Virus record (IMG/VR): IMGVR_UViG_3300032164_000001
Length of the DNA stretch: 64,000 nucleotides
Reading direction: 5' to 3' (one strand)
DNA from: a virus
In this document: positions 29,537-39,806 of the stretch, piece after piece
Layout of the letters: each line of letters begins with the position of its first letter
Numbering within the stretch: position 1 is the first letter of the stretch
Translations under genes and position numbers: made by a program
The notes under the pieces: model-generated
Told to the model about the DNA's origin: nothing
The model's input: only the letters and a program-made list of their open reading frames with translations
Databases searched by the model: none

Positions 29537-29752
29537 CTAGTAATAGTTTTTGACTTCGGAGACGGCTTGAACGGTCTGGAGATCTACGTAGACTGGCGTC
29601 GAGCGATGAGCGAACTTGTCGCTGTCGAGAATGAGAAGCCCGTCGTCGTCCAATCGGTTGAAGAAACCGACGATCACGTGCTGGGCCATCAGAGTCAACT
29701 TGATCTCAGTGCCAGGTCGCAGACCGATTTTCCGAAAGAGCTCAGCAGTCAT
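29537..29752 (-). CDS. Small protein, possible Sm/Hfq-like fold
   Basis: GTEIKLTL....IVG....DDDGLLIL...VYVDLQTVQAV resembles the Sm1/Sm2 pattern. Confidence 0.4.
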   Translation of the reverse strand: MTAELFRKIGLRPGTEIKLTLMAQHVIVGFFNRLDDDGLLILDSDKFAHRSTPVYVDLQTVQAVSEVKNYY

Positions 29753-30180
29753 TTGCCCCACTCCGGGCAGTTCTTCATCACCCACTCGGCCGGGTCGCTC
29801 ACGATGACCTTCGCAGCCAGATAGCAGGTCCAGACCTCGTAGTCGCGAATCACGACCTCGCAGAGCGCTTTGGCCGCTTGCCGCATGGCCTCCGTTGGCT
29901 CCGTTCGCTCACCCTCCGGGTCGCCGTACTCCTCGTCGAGATACTCCAGGGCCTGCTCGAGAATGAGCTCCGGTTCGAGATCGGAGATAGAGAGCGCTCT
30001 GCTTCGCATGGCCACGAGCTCAAGCGTGGCCGGAAGGGAATCACATGCATCAAGAGCGGCCTCGATGGCTTCCTCCAGCTCGGTGTGAGAGTAGCGTTCC
30101 TCGTCCGGAGGACCCCAGTAGCAGTCGGAGAACTCCTCCAGGTCAGCCTTGGTCATGTCGTTGTATGAAAAAGTCTTCAT
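29749..30180 (-). CDS. Acidic hypothetical phage protein
   Basis: 143 aa, coupled overlaps. Confidence 0.6.
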   Translation of the reverse strand: MKTFSYNDMTKADLEEFSDCYWGPPDEERYSHTELEEAIEAALDACDSLPATLELVAMRSRALSISDLEPELILEQALEYLDEEYGDPEGERTEPTEAMRQAAKALCEVVIRDYEVWTCYLAAKVIVSDPAEWVMKNCPEWGK

Positions 30181-30398
30181 CGGTCGACTCCTCTATGGCG
30201 TATGTCTATACGAAGAACTTCCTTGGCTTCATAACATGTGGCAAACGGTCCGTGTAGCATTTGGCCGTCAAAGAAATACCATCCAGGCAGATCGTATCCT
30301 AGAGCTTGCCACGAAGCCAAATCCGTCATCGTCAGGCTATCGCTAAGAATGAACACTGTATTGTCATGCAGTCCTAGCTCCTGTCTCGTCATGTGCAT
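30177..30398 (-). CDS. Hypothetical protein
   Basis: GWYF..HGPF..EA motif. Confidence 0.5.
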   Translation of the reverse strand: MHMTRQELGLHDNTVFILSDSLTMTDLASWQALGYDLPGWYFFDGQMLHGPFATCYEAKEVLRIDIRHRGVDR

Positions 30399-30553
30399 AC
30401 TTCACCCATTTCTCCTGCGTTCACCCTCGGACCTGCCGGTGTCTTCTTTGCGCCGATCGTAGCACTTGCTGCAATACGGCACGAGGACCAGCTTGGTGGG
30501 ATGCACATCGAGGTAGTGCTTCGTGTTCTCCTTGCAGGTAAGGCAGTATTTGA

Positions 30554-31339
30554 TCACGACAGCAGGTGACCGGAATGCGAGTGTAGGTCCTCAAGAATGA
30601 CCGGGATGGTTTTTTGGAAGTACTCAAACACTTGTTTTGCAAGTAGCTTGATCTCCCATTGCGCGTGCTCGTCCATGCGCATCTTGAAGAAGTGTCTCCA
30701 CTCTCGAAGATTGAAAGTGGTGTACACTTCCGTCTTGGTTGCATTTGGCAGAATGCTTCGTGCATCCTCTGCCGGAGTTCCCATTTCTCTCAATTGTTGG
30801 TATGTGCGATACGCACTAATGGCATCCAGTAGCATCACGCCAAGCGGAGATCGAATGTTTACACCCTCAGCCAACTTGCCCGGAGGTGCGATAACCAGCC
30901 TTTCACATACGACACCTTCGTCGGCTACATCTATTTCGCTTGGTGCGAGGAAGACAGAACTGCCCGCAGGAACATGACCAATCGTTGGTGGAACAATCAC
31001 CTTTAGACTACAGTCTGCGCTATCACCGGAGTAGTCACAAAATCTTTGTGATTCTTGCGTATAGGCTGCAATCCTATGCCTGACTAGTTGATGGGACATG
31101 GAGCGCGAGCCAACGAAACACACGGTGAAAGAAGCATGCTCCAGAATGCTATCGTGGCCCCATTGAATGGCCACCTTTCGTATGAAAGGTTCTGCACTGC
31201 CAGACTTGATGCGTCCTTCGCTCTTGTGTGAAACACGCCCGCATTCCTCAATCAACAGTAATGCACGGCTCGCCCACTCCGGATCAATTCGTGGCGTGAT
31301 CAATTCCACATGCGGTTCCACTATCTGTAGCTTCTCCAT
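30554..31339 (-). CDS. thyX: FAD-dependent thymidylate synthase
   Basis: GHDSILEH, SHQLVRHR..TQESQRF, EDARSILP, AQWEI. Confidence 0.95.
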   Translation of the reverse strand: MEKLQIVEPHVELITPRIDPEWASRALLLIEECGRVSHKSEGRIKSGSAEPFIRKVAIQWGHDSILEHASFTVCFVGSRSMSHQLVRHRIAAYTQESQRFCDYSGDSADCSLKVIVPPTIGHVPAGSSVFLAPSEIDVADEGVVCERLVIAPPGKLAEGVNIRSPLGVMLLDAISAYRTYQQLREMGTPAEDARSILPNATKTEVYTTFNLREWRHFFKMRMDEHAQWEIKLLAKQVFEYFQKTIPVILEDLHSHSGHLLS

Positions 31340-31880
31340 TATGTCCTCCATTCACGTTGTTATCTACTGCTGGCCTGGCACCAGATGCGCAAGCAAAATG
31401 CATGATGTTTTCGGCATTCTTGAAGAAGGCCGGACCGCTGCCGCCCCAGTCGCATGAGACAACACAGCCACTGGACTCATGCCATGAGAACCGCTTGCCG
31501 CAGACAGTGCATCTGGAGAACAGCCAGCGCTTCGCCTGCTGCAGTGGATGAACCTGTATCTTCCAGTGATGGACGTGCCACTTGGGGTGCCTCCACCACG
31601 GGCGGCCGAGCTTATCGCGCCACTGCCACCAAACGAACTTGACAGCCTCCTGCGCTTCGGGGGAAAGCATTTTCAGCTCGTCGACAATCCCTGGCCACCA
31701 GCCGTTCTGCTTGGTCAGCCTTGCGCCAAACCAGTCGCAGGAGTCATCGGAACCATCTGTCTCCGGATCGACATGCCAGATGGTAATCCAGCTCGGCCAA
31801 TACCATTTCTTGTTCGCCCAATTTCTCCGCTCAGGCCATGGGCGGCGAATCTCGAAGGCGACGGTCATCGGATCATGCAT
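31284..31880 (-). CDS. Trp-rich hypothetical phage protein
   Basis: MHDPMTVAFEIRRPW..TIWHVDPE.DGSDDSC..HPKWHVHHW..CTVC. Confidence 0.6.
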   Translation of the reverse strand: MHDPMTVAFEIRRPWPERRNWANKKWYWPSWITIWHVDPETDGSDDSCDWFGARLTKQNGWWPGIVDELKMLSPEAQEAVKFVWWQWRDKLGRPWWRHPKWHVHHWKIQVHPLQQAKRWLFSRCTVCGKRFSWHESSGCVVSCDWGGSGPAFFKNAENIMHFACASGARPAVDNNVNGGHNGEATDSGTACGIDHATN

Positions 31881-31897
31881 TGGAGGTTCATTCCTCT

Positions 31898-32413
31898 TCA
31901 GGTCGTGAGTATCGCGACACCGGTGAGGCGCCAGACGAAGTGTCGTAGGAAATGCAACACGTGGGATGCCCCTGAGGAGAGAAAGAGCAGACGGACCCTG
32001 GACAGCCCACGTGGCCGTCCCAGCCGCTTCCAGAGCTCCCAGGACAAGTCGGTGATGGCTCGATAGCGCCAGCCGGTAGGCAGCCTGGGGCCCGTGTAAA
32101 CACTCCACCGCGCGTCATTGTACGCCCCCTTGAGCTTTCCCCGGTAGATGCCAAATGGTCCAGCGTCTCGCACTGAGGTCAGTACACAACGCGCCGTGTC
32201 GTAAGTGCAGACGACAACCCGTCGGCCACAACCGACTCGCTTCCAGCCACGATAGGCGATGTGAGATTGCTCCTTGGTGAACAGGCCACCGCAAGCCAAT
32301 TCCTCACCGCTACGGCCATCATTCACTCGATAGGCCGATAGGGCGCCGGAATCCTGTGAGGAGGAGAATAGAGATATAGCACCCATTGCTATCTTGAACA
32401 ATTCCAACGGCAT
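31898..32413 (-). CDS. RlpA-like double-psi beta-barrel (lytic transglycosylase-like) protein
   Basis: LACG..IAYR..CGRRVVVC..VRDAGPF..TDLS..LG pattern. Confidence 0.7.
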   Translation of the reverse strand: MPLELFKIAMGAISLFSSSQDSGALSAYRVNDGRSGEELACGGLFTKEQSHIAYRGWKRVGCGRRVVVCTYDTARCVLTSVRDAGPFGIYRGKLKGAYNDARWSVYTGPRLPTGWRYRAITDLSWELWKRLGRPRGLSRVRLLFLSSGASHVLHFLRHFVWRLTGVAILTT

Positions 32414-32422
32414 GCAAGCTCT

Positions 32423-33016
32423 TCAGCGTGTCAGTTCCTCCACGATCGCCGCAACGCGCTCTGCAAGCTCATGGAGCTCACAGTCATTCTGGATTCTGAA
32501 ATCCCATCCGGTGAAATGGTCAAGTGCCGTCTCCGAGGGATGCTCCAGCGCTCGTGGATCGGCCTTGAACTCTTCCGGTAGCAACTCGACTGGCCGTTCG
32601 ACCAGGATGAGGCACCCGCCAAGACGCCGTATGCAGTCCACCTCGTTCGGAAAGCGTACATCGGTGATGATAATATCGGTATTTGGCGCCATTGTAGCCC
32701 GTCGTTCCAAGGTGCGAGCCCAGATGTCAGGGCCGAACGTATGCCGCATGGCCTCGGTGCCAGCCAGTTGCAGGATGCGCCGTGGGGTGAGCTTCCAGAA
32801 TGGATCTTCGATGAGCTTTTGATCACCATACAGCTGCGCGTCGCTGAGTAGGAACACGCCCCCGCCGATCCCATCTTTCAATGAATGAGCAAAGCTGTCG
32901 AGTCGGCTGTAGCGCCACTTCCGTTGAAGAACGGCCATCACGAGGCCAGCGCAGGTGTCTTTTCCATGCCCAGCCTTGCCGCCGAAACCAATCACAAGGC
33001 GCTGTTGTAATTCCAT
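32423..33016 (-). CDS. Deoxynucleoside monophosphate kinase (T4 gp1-like)
   Basis: GKAGHGKDT, SFA..LK, PRRILQLAGTE, ITDVRFPNE, HPSE. Confidence 0.9.
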   Translation of the reverse strand: MELQQRLVIGFGGKAGHGKDTCAGLVMAVLQRKWRYSRLDSFAHSLKDGIGGGVFLLSDAQLYGDQKLIEDPFWKLTPRRILQLAGTEAMRHTFGPDIWARTLERRATMAPNTDIIITDVRFPNEVDCIRRLGGCLILVERPVELLPEEFKADPRALEHPSETALDHFTGWDFRIQNDCELHELAERVAAIVEELTR

Positions 33017-33328
33017 TTATCCTATTGGCTTTCCTTGTGTTGGCATGTGCGTCGGTTTCACAGGTTCCGCGGGTTCCACAGGCTCCAGAACCCACTGTTC
33101 ATTCGGATCGGAGACAAAGCAGGCCCCACCGCCGCCCGCAAAGACAACCCAGCCATTGGGGACACGCAGACGGTACACACCGATCCACGCTCCGCCACCC
33201 ACGGACTCAACTTCTCGCGGAAAGACGGTCAGACTGCGATAGGGCCCCTGAGCCCCGGTGCCGCCCGATGGCGGCTTGACCTTCGTCGGATCGATTGCTG
33301 ATCCCTCTGGTTGATATCTCTCATTCAT
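33017..33328 (-). CDS. Hypothetical protein
   Basis: RLRVPNGWVV..FVSDP motif. Confidence 0.55.
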   Translation of the reverse strand: MNERYQPEGSAIDPTKVKPPSGGTGAQGPYRSLTVFPREVESVGGGAWIGVYRLRVPNGWVVFAGGGGACFVSDPNEQWVLEPVEPAEPVKPTHMPTQGKPIG

Positions 33329-33588
33329 TCTTTCACTCCGATGAAAACTATTCTGAACTGTGTCGAGAGCCGTCCTTACCTAAGATTCCTTGTTGACTAG
33401 GGCAACGACCGACCCTTCCTGCAAACCCTGTTTTGCCCGCGTGGCATCGAAGTCCTGCTCCAGCCACATCCACTTCCGCAGCTCTGCCAGTCTTGCTTCA
33501 AGCTTGTTCCACTCATTCACGAGCCTGCACTCCTCGGCTCGCATCTGTTCCAACAGCGTAGCCATTGCTTCCTCCTGGTGGTCCTCGC

Positions 33589-33858
33589 CTAAGGAGCTGA
33601 TGGGATGTCGAGAATGACCGTGCCTTTGTCCTTGGTGTCGACGTAGACCCTTCCACCAGCCTTCACATGGGCCATAAGCTCGGCCACCTTTCGCACGGCG
33701 TATCGGACTGCCTCAGAGACGGTTGTTGCGCGGATGCCCTTGCGCACGGTGGAGGTCTCCTTCTCTGTGGCCTTGTCAAACATGAACGTTCTTCGTCGAT
33801 AACGAGGCTCCGGCTTGGCCACGCCGGGCTTGCGCCTGAGTACTGGTCCCTTGTTCAT
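33589..33858 (-). CDS. Possible ribbon-helix-helix regulator
   Basis: RRTFMF..TTVSEAVRYAV; first gene after leftward promoter. Confidence 0.45.
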   Translation of the reverse strand: MNKGPVLRRKPGVAKPEPRYRRRTFMFDKATEKETSTVRKGIRATTVSEAVRYAVRKVAELMAHVKAGGRVYVDTKDKGTVILDIPSAP

Positions 33859-33867
33859 GGTTGAGCA

Positions 33868-33966
33868 GTCTAGTGTATGATTTTACTCGAGTCAAGTGAG
33901 AATTACATTTTTGTCGAGAAAAAGGCACAGAATCTTCTTGACAGGCCAGAGCGCATGTTCTATAAC
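33868..33966. promoter_or_regulatory. Divergent sigma70-like promoter pair
   Basis: Minus: TTGACT-17-TAGACT; plus: TTGACA-17-TATAAC (33938-33966). Confidence 0.7.
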
Positions 33967-33976
33967 TAAGAACAAC

Positions 33977-34004
33977 GCCCGTGCAGAGGCAGTGTATCTG
34001 CAAC
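33977..34004 (+). repeat. Dispersed repeat B
   Basis: GCCCGTGCAGAGGCAGTGTATCTGCAAC just downstream of the -10 box. Confidence 0.85.
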
Positions 34005-34031
34005 TATAACTAAGGAGGTGAGAAGAAACCC

Positions 34032-34439
34032 ATGAGCAGTCTGCCGGCACCGCAAAACGTACCAATGGAATTTCCAAAACCTCCGTCTCCCGCTGATCCT
34101 GCATGCAACAACAGGGAACTGCGCAGGCGTCGAGGACTGCCAAATCGGATCCCGAAACGCATGGAGGAGCATTGCCCCAGACCCGACTACGTGCAGTACA
34201 TGGAGCAGCTGGGACCAAGGCCTGGCGAGAGCCTACTGGCTTTCCGCAAGCGCATGCTCATGATCATAGGCCTTCGTGCACTGTGGGCAGAGTATTGGCA
34301 TCGCTGCGACGGGAACCAGAGGGCCGTTGCCAGAGCGTTGGGCATCGGGTACAACCACGTGAAGAAGGAACTGGAGGCCATCGGACTCACCAGAGAGATA
34401 CTGAACGACCACCTCGCAGGGAAAGTGAAGCTCGCATGA
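34032..34439 (+). CDS. Fis-like HTH protein
   Basis: CDGNQRAVARALGIGY. Confidence 0.6.
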   Translation: MSSLPAPQNVPMEFPKPPSPADPACNNRELRRRRGLPNRIPKRMEEHCPRPDYVQYMEQLGPRPGESLLAFRKRMLMIIGLRALWAEYWHRCDGNQRAVARALGIGYNHVKKELEAIGLTREILNDHLAGKVKLA

Positions 34440-34705
34440 GCAAAGGAAAGTACATCTCGATTCGTGGAACGTCGTATGACAAGCTACGCGACTATGCCAA
34501 GTCCGTAGGTGGGACAATGGCCGAGATCGTGGACGCGCTGTGTCTCAAGTTTCTGAAACGTTCGAATACTCCCACGCCGAGGGTTGGTGGAACAGTGGCG
34601 AAGCCGGAGCAGCCCAATGCGATGCCCGGTGCAAGGGCGGAAGACACTGGTGAGATACGCATCAGGCTGAGCAAAGAACAAGAGGCGAAGAAGATACGGT
34701 TCTAA
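34436..34705 (+). CDS. Ribbon-helix-helix-like protein
   Basis: KYISIRGTSYDKLRDYAK..TMAEIVDAL. Confidence 0.5.
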   Translation: MSKGKYISIRGTSYDKLRDYAKSVGGTMAEIVDALCLKFLKRSNTPTPRVGGTVAKPEQPNAMPGARAEDTGEIRIRLSKEQEAKKIRF

Positions 34706-34847
34706 ACAATGCAAAACAAAAACACCATAGGCAGTATCGCAACTCATATCGCCAAACTCGAATCAGACAGGCGCTACCTGCTCCTGCTGGTCGTGCTACT
34801 TGGCCTTACCGAGTGCGCCACCCTCATCGCCTACTTCATTCGCTAAC

Positions 34848-34875
34848 GCCCGTGCAGAGGCATCGTATATGCAAC
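34848..34875 (+). repeat. Dispersed repeat B
   Basis: GCCCGTGCAGAGGCATCGTATATGCAAC, overlapping the methylase ATG. Confidence 0.85.
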
Positions 34876-35693
34876 CAAAGGCAGACCTGCTGATCGTCAA
34901 GTCCGACTGCATTCGAGCACTGAAGGCACTGGAAGACGACAGGGTGTCATTGACCATTAGTGATCCACCCTATCAGTCATTGGAGCGTCATCGCGCTGTC
35001 GGCACCACGACAAGACTAAAAGAAAGCAAGGCGTCATCGAATCCGTGGTTCGAGGTCTTCAAGAACACGCGCTACTTCTCTCTGTTCGACGAGCTCTATC
35101 GTGTGCATTGCAAGAACACACACTGCTACATCTTCTGCGACTCCGAGACAGAGCACGTGATTCTTAGTGGTAGAAATCCTTACGACAAGAAACTGGACGA
35201 CGAGCTGCTGGCCGTCAGGTTCGAAGGTACCGATACGGATCGAGAAGGAGAGCCAAAGGGGCTATGGCGAGCCTGGCCTCCACTGCTCTGGATCAAGACG
35301 AAGCAAGAGGACATAGAGCTCGAGAAAGTGTCCGAGCAACACTTGCAATTGGGTATGGGATATCATTGGCGAAGATGCGAAGAACGACTACTCTTCCTGG
35401 AGAAGGGGAAGCGCAAGTTGAACAACCTCGGATGGCCCAATGTACTATTCGGAAGCCGGGCAGGGAAGAACGACCCGCCGACGAAGAAGCCGGATGGCGT
35501 CATTACCAGGTTGATTCTGAACTCCTCTTCGGTGGGTGATGTAGTACTCGATCCCTTTGCCGGCTCGGGTATCGTGGGTCGGGTGGCCCTACGTCATGGT
35601 CGACGGGCGATTCTGATTGACATCAACTTAGATAATATGCGATGGAAGGAGTGGCCCGAAGTGCTCAACAAGTATGTGGAGCAGGTTGGATAG
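34869..35693 (+). CDS. N6A/N4C DNA methyltransferase (beta class)
   Basis: DPPY precedes DPFAGSG; PTKKP. Confidence 0.9.
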   Translation: MQPKADLLIVKSDCIRALKALEDDRVSLTISDPPYQSLERHRAVGTTTRLKESKASSNPWFEVFKNTRYFSLFDELYRVHCKNTHCYIFCDSETEHVILSGRNPYDKKLDDELLAVRFEGTDTDREGEPKGLWRAWPPLLWIKTKQEDIELEKVSEQHLQLGMGYHWRRCEERLLFLEKGKRKLNNLGWPNVLFGSRAGKNDPPTKKPDGVITRLILNSSSVGDVVLDPFAGSGIVGRVALRHGRRAILIDINLDNMRWKEWPEVLNKYVEQVG

Positions 35694-36208
35694 TGACAAC
35701 TTCGGCTGAGCGAGCGCTGCAGGAAGAAGTCGCCTCTCTGCTGCACACCTACCGGGTCGTGGCCATGCGAACCGTTATGCAGCGCATGCAGCCGTTGCTC
35801 ACCCCAAGAGTAACCGGAAAGAAGACAACGGAGTGGGAAGCATTCGACGAGCTGCTACTGCTCTCAAGCAAGAAGTGGGAGTGCTTGACTTCAAACGAGG
35901 CCTTCCTTGTCAAAGAACAAGCAGGCGAAGTGCTGACTCTACTACATGACTTATGGGGGTAAATGATGGACCTACCAACCTGTCAATCCGTCGCTGGCAT
36001 AGAAGAGCGCAAGCGCCTAATGGACGGAATGCTGATTCTGTGTCAACAGATGCAGGCCTGTCCCACCTGCGCCATGATCGCCAGTCTCTACGTGGCGGCC
36101 CAGGCGGGCCGAGTCGGCAGCAATGTATCCGAGGAGGCATTCCTGCGCTTCTGCAAAGAGGTCTGGGACGACCTGAACAAACAACTTGGTGGGAAGCTGG
36201 TGCTTTGA

Positions 36209-36823
36209 ATGCAACTGCCAACCATCATCTCCGACCTCGACGGCACGTACGTCAACATCCTGGATGTACTGCTAGACAGGCTATGGTGCTCGATGCACGT
36301 CGCGGTCAGCCCCGAATGCATCAAAGAATACAACGTCGCAGATTGTCTGTGGCGTCACAGCGAGGAGATACGACTACTATTTTTTGACATCGCTGCTCTG
36401 GATCGTTTCCTACGTGTGTCAATCTGGAACAGTCCAAGTGCATATGCTCTAGCCAGACCCTATTGGGATTGGCATGCAGCATTGCACGAGTTCTCCGGGC
36501 GCGATGGCCGGATCATCTTTCTGACCTCCAGGCCACCATTGACCGGCATTGTGAAAGCCACAACGGATTGGCTGAATGAGATGGGACATGAGGACTGCGA
36601 CCTGAGGTTCTCCAAGGCCTACGAGGGCGGCAAGCTCGAAGCCGTGCAAGAAGTCATCGACGAGGCGAAGTCAGAAGTCTGGCTCGTCGATGATGATACC
36701 TCTCTGCACCACGCGTGTGAAGAGAGAAGCATCCATCTGCTGATTCCCAAGCGCCATTGGACCATAGGATTCGAGACAGCAAATCCAACGGCAACACTGT
36801 TGGAGGCGTTGCAAAGGAAATAA
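36209..36823 (+). CDS. HAD-family 5'(3')-deoxyribonucleotidase-like protein
   Basis: DLDGT, LTSR, K, LVDD motifs. Confidence 0.75.
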   Translation: MQLPTIISDLDGTYVNILDVLLDRLWCSMHVAVSPECIKEYNVADCLWRHSEEIRLLFFDIAALDRFLRVSIWNSPSAYALARPYWDWHAALHEFSGRDGRIIFLTSRPPLTGIVKATTDWLNEMGHEDCDLRFSKAYEGGKLEAVQEVIDEAKSEVWLVDDDTSLHHACEERSIHLLIPKRHWTIGFETANPTATLLEALQRK

Positions 36824-36826
36824 AAG

Positions 36827-37093
36827 ATGCCAATATTCATGCTGACGTTCTCCAAAGAAGTAGATGTCTCGGTGGAAGCGGAATCGGAGGAGGCCCTGAG
36901 GAAAGCAGCGGAAGAAGCCAAGGATGACCTGGACTACTCCTGGGATACAGGCGACTGGGAGATCGCAATATTTCCTGTCAAACCAATAAAGGGGCAGATG
37001 CCTCAAGCGGAATGCGGACTGGTGGGCAACAAGATTCTGGAATATGACGAGTACGAGGAAGAGCTGGCAAAGAAGAAGGAGGCCGCACCGTGA
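36827..37093 (+). CDS. Hypothetical protein
   Basis: VEAESEEA motif, in operon. Confidence 0.55.
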   Translation: MPIFMLTFSKEVDVSVEAESEEALRKAAEEAKDDLDYSWDTGDWEIAIFPVKPIKGQMPQAECGLVGNKILEYDEYEEELAKKKEAAP

Positions 37094-37434
37094 TCTACCT
37101 CGAGTGGAAGGACGAACCAGCTCCTACGGGTGCTGACAGTTCCATCTGGCACACGTTGCACGTCGGCTGTCGAGCTTGCAAGTATGCCGACGTCTATGGC
37201 GGTGGCGATGAGGCAGCACGGGAGAAAGTGGAGGAGGTGCTGCTTTCGCTTGCAATGCGCTCGGCTGCTGGGGCCAAGTGCGAGCACATGGAGGGCTATC
37301 TGCAAGGGTTGAAGGAACTGGTTGGCGGGCACAACTCAGAATACTGGCTGCTTCTGTTGAAGAAGTGCAAAGAGGAGACCCGGATAGTGCGGGTGCCAAT
37401 ACGGAAGAGAAGGCAGCGGAGTGCGCGTGCGTAG
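37090..37434 (+). CDS. Hypothetical protein
   Basis: GGAGG SD, coupled overlap. Confidence 0.55.
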   Translation: MIYLEWKDEPAPTGADSSIWHTLHVGCRACKYADVYGGGDEAAREKVEEVLLSLAMRSAAGAKCEHMEGYLQGLKELVGGHNSEYWLLLLKKCKEETRIVRVPIRKRRQRSARA

Positions 37435-37555
37435 TCGGCAGATCTGGGGGCTGTTTCACCGGCTGTGGACAAAAGCCACGCACACCAATCGCTATGACAA
37501 GAAGGAATGGCTACAACTGGAAAAGATATTGTTGCAACTCGGAGTAGAGAACACC

Positions 37556-37960
37556 ATGCGCAAACATGAAGAAATTGTTACCATGACACACAAAGAATAC
37601 TTGGCCGGTGTTCTGCAGACAGAATCAAACGACGCTGCTGCCATCGAGGCACGGCTGCTAAAGAGCATCAGGCTGCTTCATGCCATCATGGGCATCGTGA
37701 CAGAGGCCGGAGAACTGACTGATGCACTGAAGAAGCACTTGTTCTACGGCAAGGAGCTCGATCGGATCAACATTCTGGAAGAGCTCGGTGATCTCATGTA
37801 CTACTTCAGCCTTGCCGTCAATACGATCGGATCTTCACTGGAAGAAGTCATGCGGACAAATCACGACAAGTTGGCTGCCAGGTACAAGTCTGGATTCACC
37901 GTCGAGGAAACCATTCAACGCAACCTGGAAGCCGAGCGCAAAGCCTTGGAGAAGAAATGA
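37556..37960 (+). CDS. MazG-like nucleotide pyrophosphohydrolase
   Basis: GIVTEAGELTDALKK..EELGDLMYY..N..KL..RY. Confidence 0.9.
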   Translation: MRKHEEIVTMTHKEYLAGVLQTESNDAAAIEARLLKSIRLLHAIMGIVTEAGELTDALKKHLFYGKELDRINILEELGDLMYYFSLAVNTIGSSLEEVMRTNHDKLAARYKSGFTVEETIQRNLEAERKALEKK

Positions 37961-38202
37961 GAGCGCTGCTTGCCCTAGTAGCATTCCTGTCAGGGTGCAC
38001 AGACATGCCTGACGCACGGGAAGAACTGGCCAAGCGTGGCTGGACAGTTCTACAAGAGCAACGAGAGTTTCTCCCGGGACTGACACGATGCAACGGACCC
38101 ACGGTTGCCAGACTGGCCGTGCGCGACCGCAATGGTAGTCGCACGACTGCCTACGTGTGTGGGGGCAAGCCCAGAGTCATTGCTCTGGCAAAGGTGGAGT
38201 AG
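37957..38202 (+). CDS. Putative lipoprotein
   Basis: Lipobox LSGC. Confidence 0.6.
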   Translation: MRALLALVAFLSGCTDMPDAREELAKRGWTVLQEQREFLPGLTRCNGPTVARLAVRDRNGSRTTAYVCGGKPRVIALAKVE

Positions 38203-38204
38203 AG

Positions 38205-38603
38205 ATGATCGAGGACTCACGACTACCGTCCATAATGCCGCATATTGAGAAAGACTGCGGGCCGACTGAACCAGTCTCTACGCCTGCAATATTGCCCGCA
38301 GGATGGAAACGACTAGACACCTTTTCGTACCGGCACCGAGGCGGGCTATGCGTCATCGTCTCTCAAGCCATGGAGCGCGATGGCCGACACTGGTTGCACG
38401 TCAGTGTCAGTCACCACGACCGGCTGCCAACATGGGAAGAACTGACAGCAGTGAAGGAGATTTTCATGGGGACTACCTCTCTGGCCCTACAGGTATTTCC
38501 ACCACGAAACGAATGGGTCAACGATTGTTCCAATGTCCTCCACCTCTGGTGCTGCATCGAATCGCGGCCAGTGCCGGACTTCCGACGACGCGGAACGCTG
38601 TGA
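38205..38603 (+). CDS. Conserved phage hypothetical protein
   Basis: WLHVSVS..RLPTWEE..VK..F..Q.FPP..VN..LHLW. Confidence 0.7.
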   Translation: MIEDSRLPSIMPHIEKDCGPTEPVSTPAILPAGWKRLDTFSYRHRGGLCVIVSQAMERDGRHWLHVSVSHHDRLPTWEELTAVKEIFMGTTSLALQVFPPRNEWVNDCSNVLHLWCCIESRPVPDFRRRGTL

Positions 38604-38615
38604 TGCAGGCCGGAC

Positions 38616-38981
38616 ATGCTCATTGATCAAATACGTAAGCAGGTAGAGCTAACATTCGAAGTCTCAAAATGCAAGAAGGAAATGGAAAGCAGGTTGGTAG
38701 TAGCCTGCAATAACGGAGCTGGGTGTGTCCTATACGCTATTGGTTCGTGTTGGGAAGCTTGGTACGAGGGCTCATGCAGTTACGTGCTTGACGACAACGG
38801 ACTTGATGATGCTCCGGATGGAATCAGCATTTGGGAAGGGCGTATGCTTAGCTGGGGGCCTGACTACAATGGAGAGTATGACGCTGAGCTGCGCGGAGAA
38901 TTTCGTAATCTAACCGAAAAAGAGTGGAAATTGCTGGCTGAGGGTTGCGCACCTTGGGATGAAAAGGAATGGTTGAAATGA
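38616..38981 (+). CDS. Hypothetical protein
   Basis: PDGISIWEG..GEFRNLT..EW motif. Confidence 0.55.
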   Translation: MLIDQIRKQVELTFEVSKCKKEMESRLVVACNNGAGCVLYAIGSCWEAWYEGSCSYVLDDNGLDDAPDGISIWEGRMLSWGPDYNGEYDAELRGEFRNLTEKEWKLLAEGCAPWDEKEWLK

Positions 38982-39419
38982 CTCGAAAGAAGAAACCACA
39001 GAGAGCTGAGTGCCTTGTCTGTGACCCCGTCAGATGATTGGGGTATGTGATGAGAGGAGAAATATGAATACTACGTTAATCATTGAAATCAAGATTGTCG
39101 AACCAGGACATACGTCTTGTAGTGTTTGGGTTCCAGAACGATCTCATGTACTGGTACATGAAGAGGTTTATATTACAGAGGAGACAAAACCTTCTGAGAG
39201 TTGTTCGTGTGGCCAGGGCAAGATTCCCGAAAAGAAGATCTACTTTTGTCAAGGTCCTCGGGGCCAAATTAGCGGTTTCTCTGTAGCTAATGCAGTAGCT
39301 AACTATTGCCAGAGTATTGTTAAATGGTTTACGTGATACATGAAGTGTGTTTGCTGCAACGCAGAGATAACAGAACTCACTGGAGCTTTTTGCCTCAAGT
39401 GCGGAGAGGATGATTCACA

Positions 39420-39806
39420 ATGATTACAGGAGACCAAGTTCTGGCTCATTTGGTAGGAGATTACTTTCTACAATCCGACTGGATGGCTACAACTAAGAAG
39501 GAACGAATTTTACCTTGTTTCTTTCATGCTGTACTGTATGTACTACCATTCCTGTTTCTGACCAGAAGTTGGAAGGCGTTGATTGTAATAGGAGTGTCTC
39601 ATTTTCTAATAGACCACTGGAAGCTTCCTCAGGTTCTGGGTTGGTTAAAGAACTTCCTGGCGCCCAGATCAACTTGGGTTTCATGGTCGAAGTCCAACTT
39701 GGGCTTTCAACCAGATCGTCCTATTTGGTTGGTGGTGTGGTTAGTTATTATATTGGACAATACGCTACATGTAGCTGTTAATGGCTTTTGTCTACGATGG
39801 ATGTGA
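39420..39806 (+). CDS. DUF3307-like membrane protein
   Basis: AHLVGDYFLQSDWMA..H..SHFLIDH..DNTLH. Confidence 0.8.
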   Translation: MITGDQVLAHLVGDYFLQSDWMATTKKERILPCFFHAVLYVLPFLFLTRSWKALIVIGVSHFLIDHWKLPQVLGWLKNFLAPRSTWVSWSKSNLGFQPDRPIWLVVWLVIILDNTLHVAVNGFCLRWM

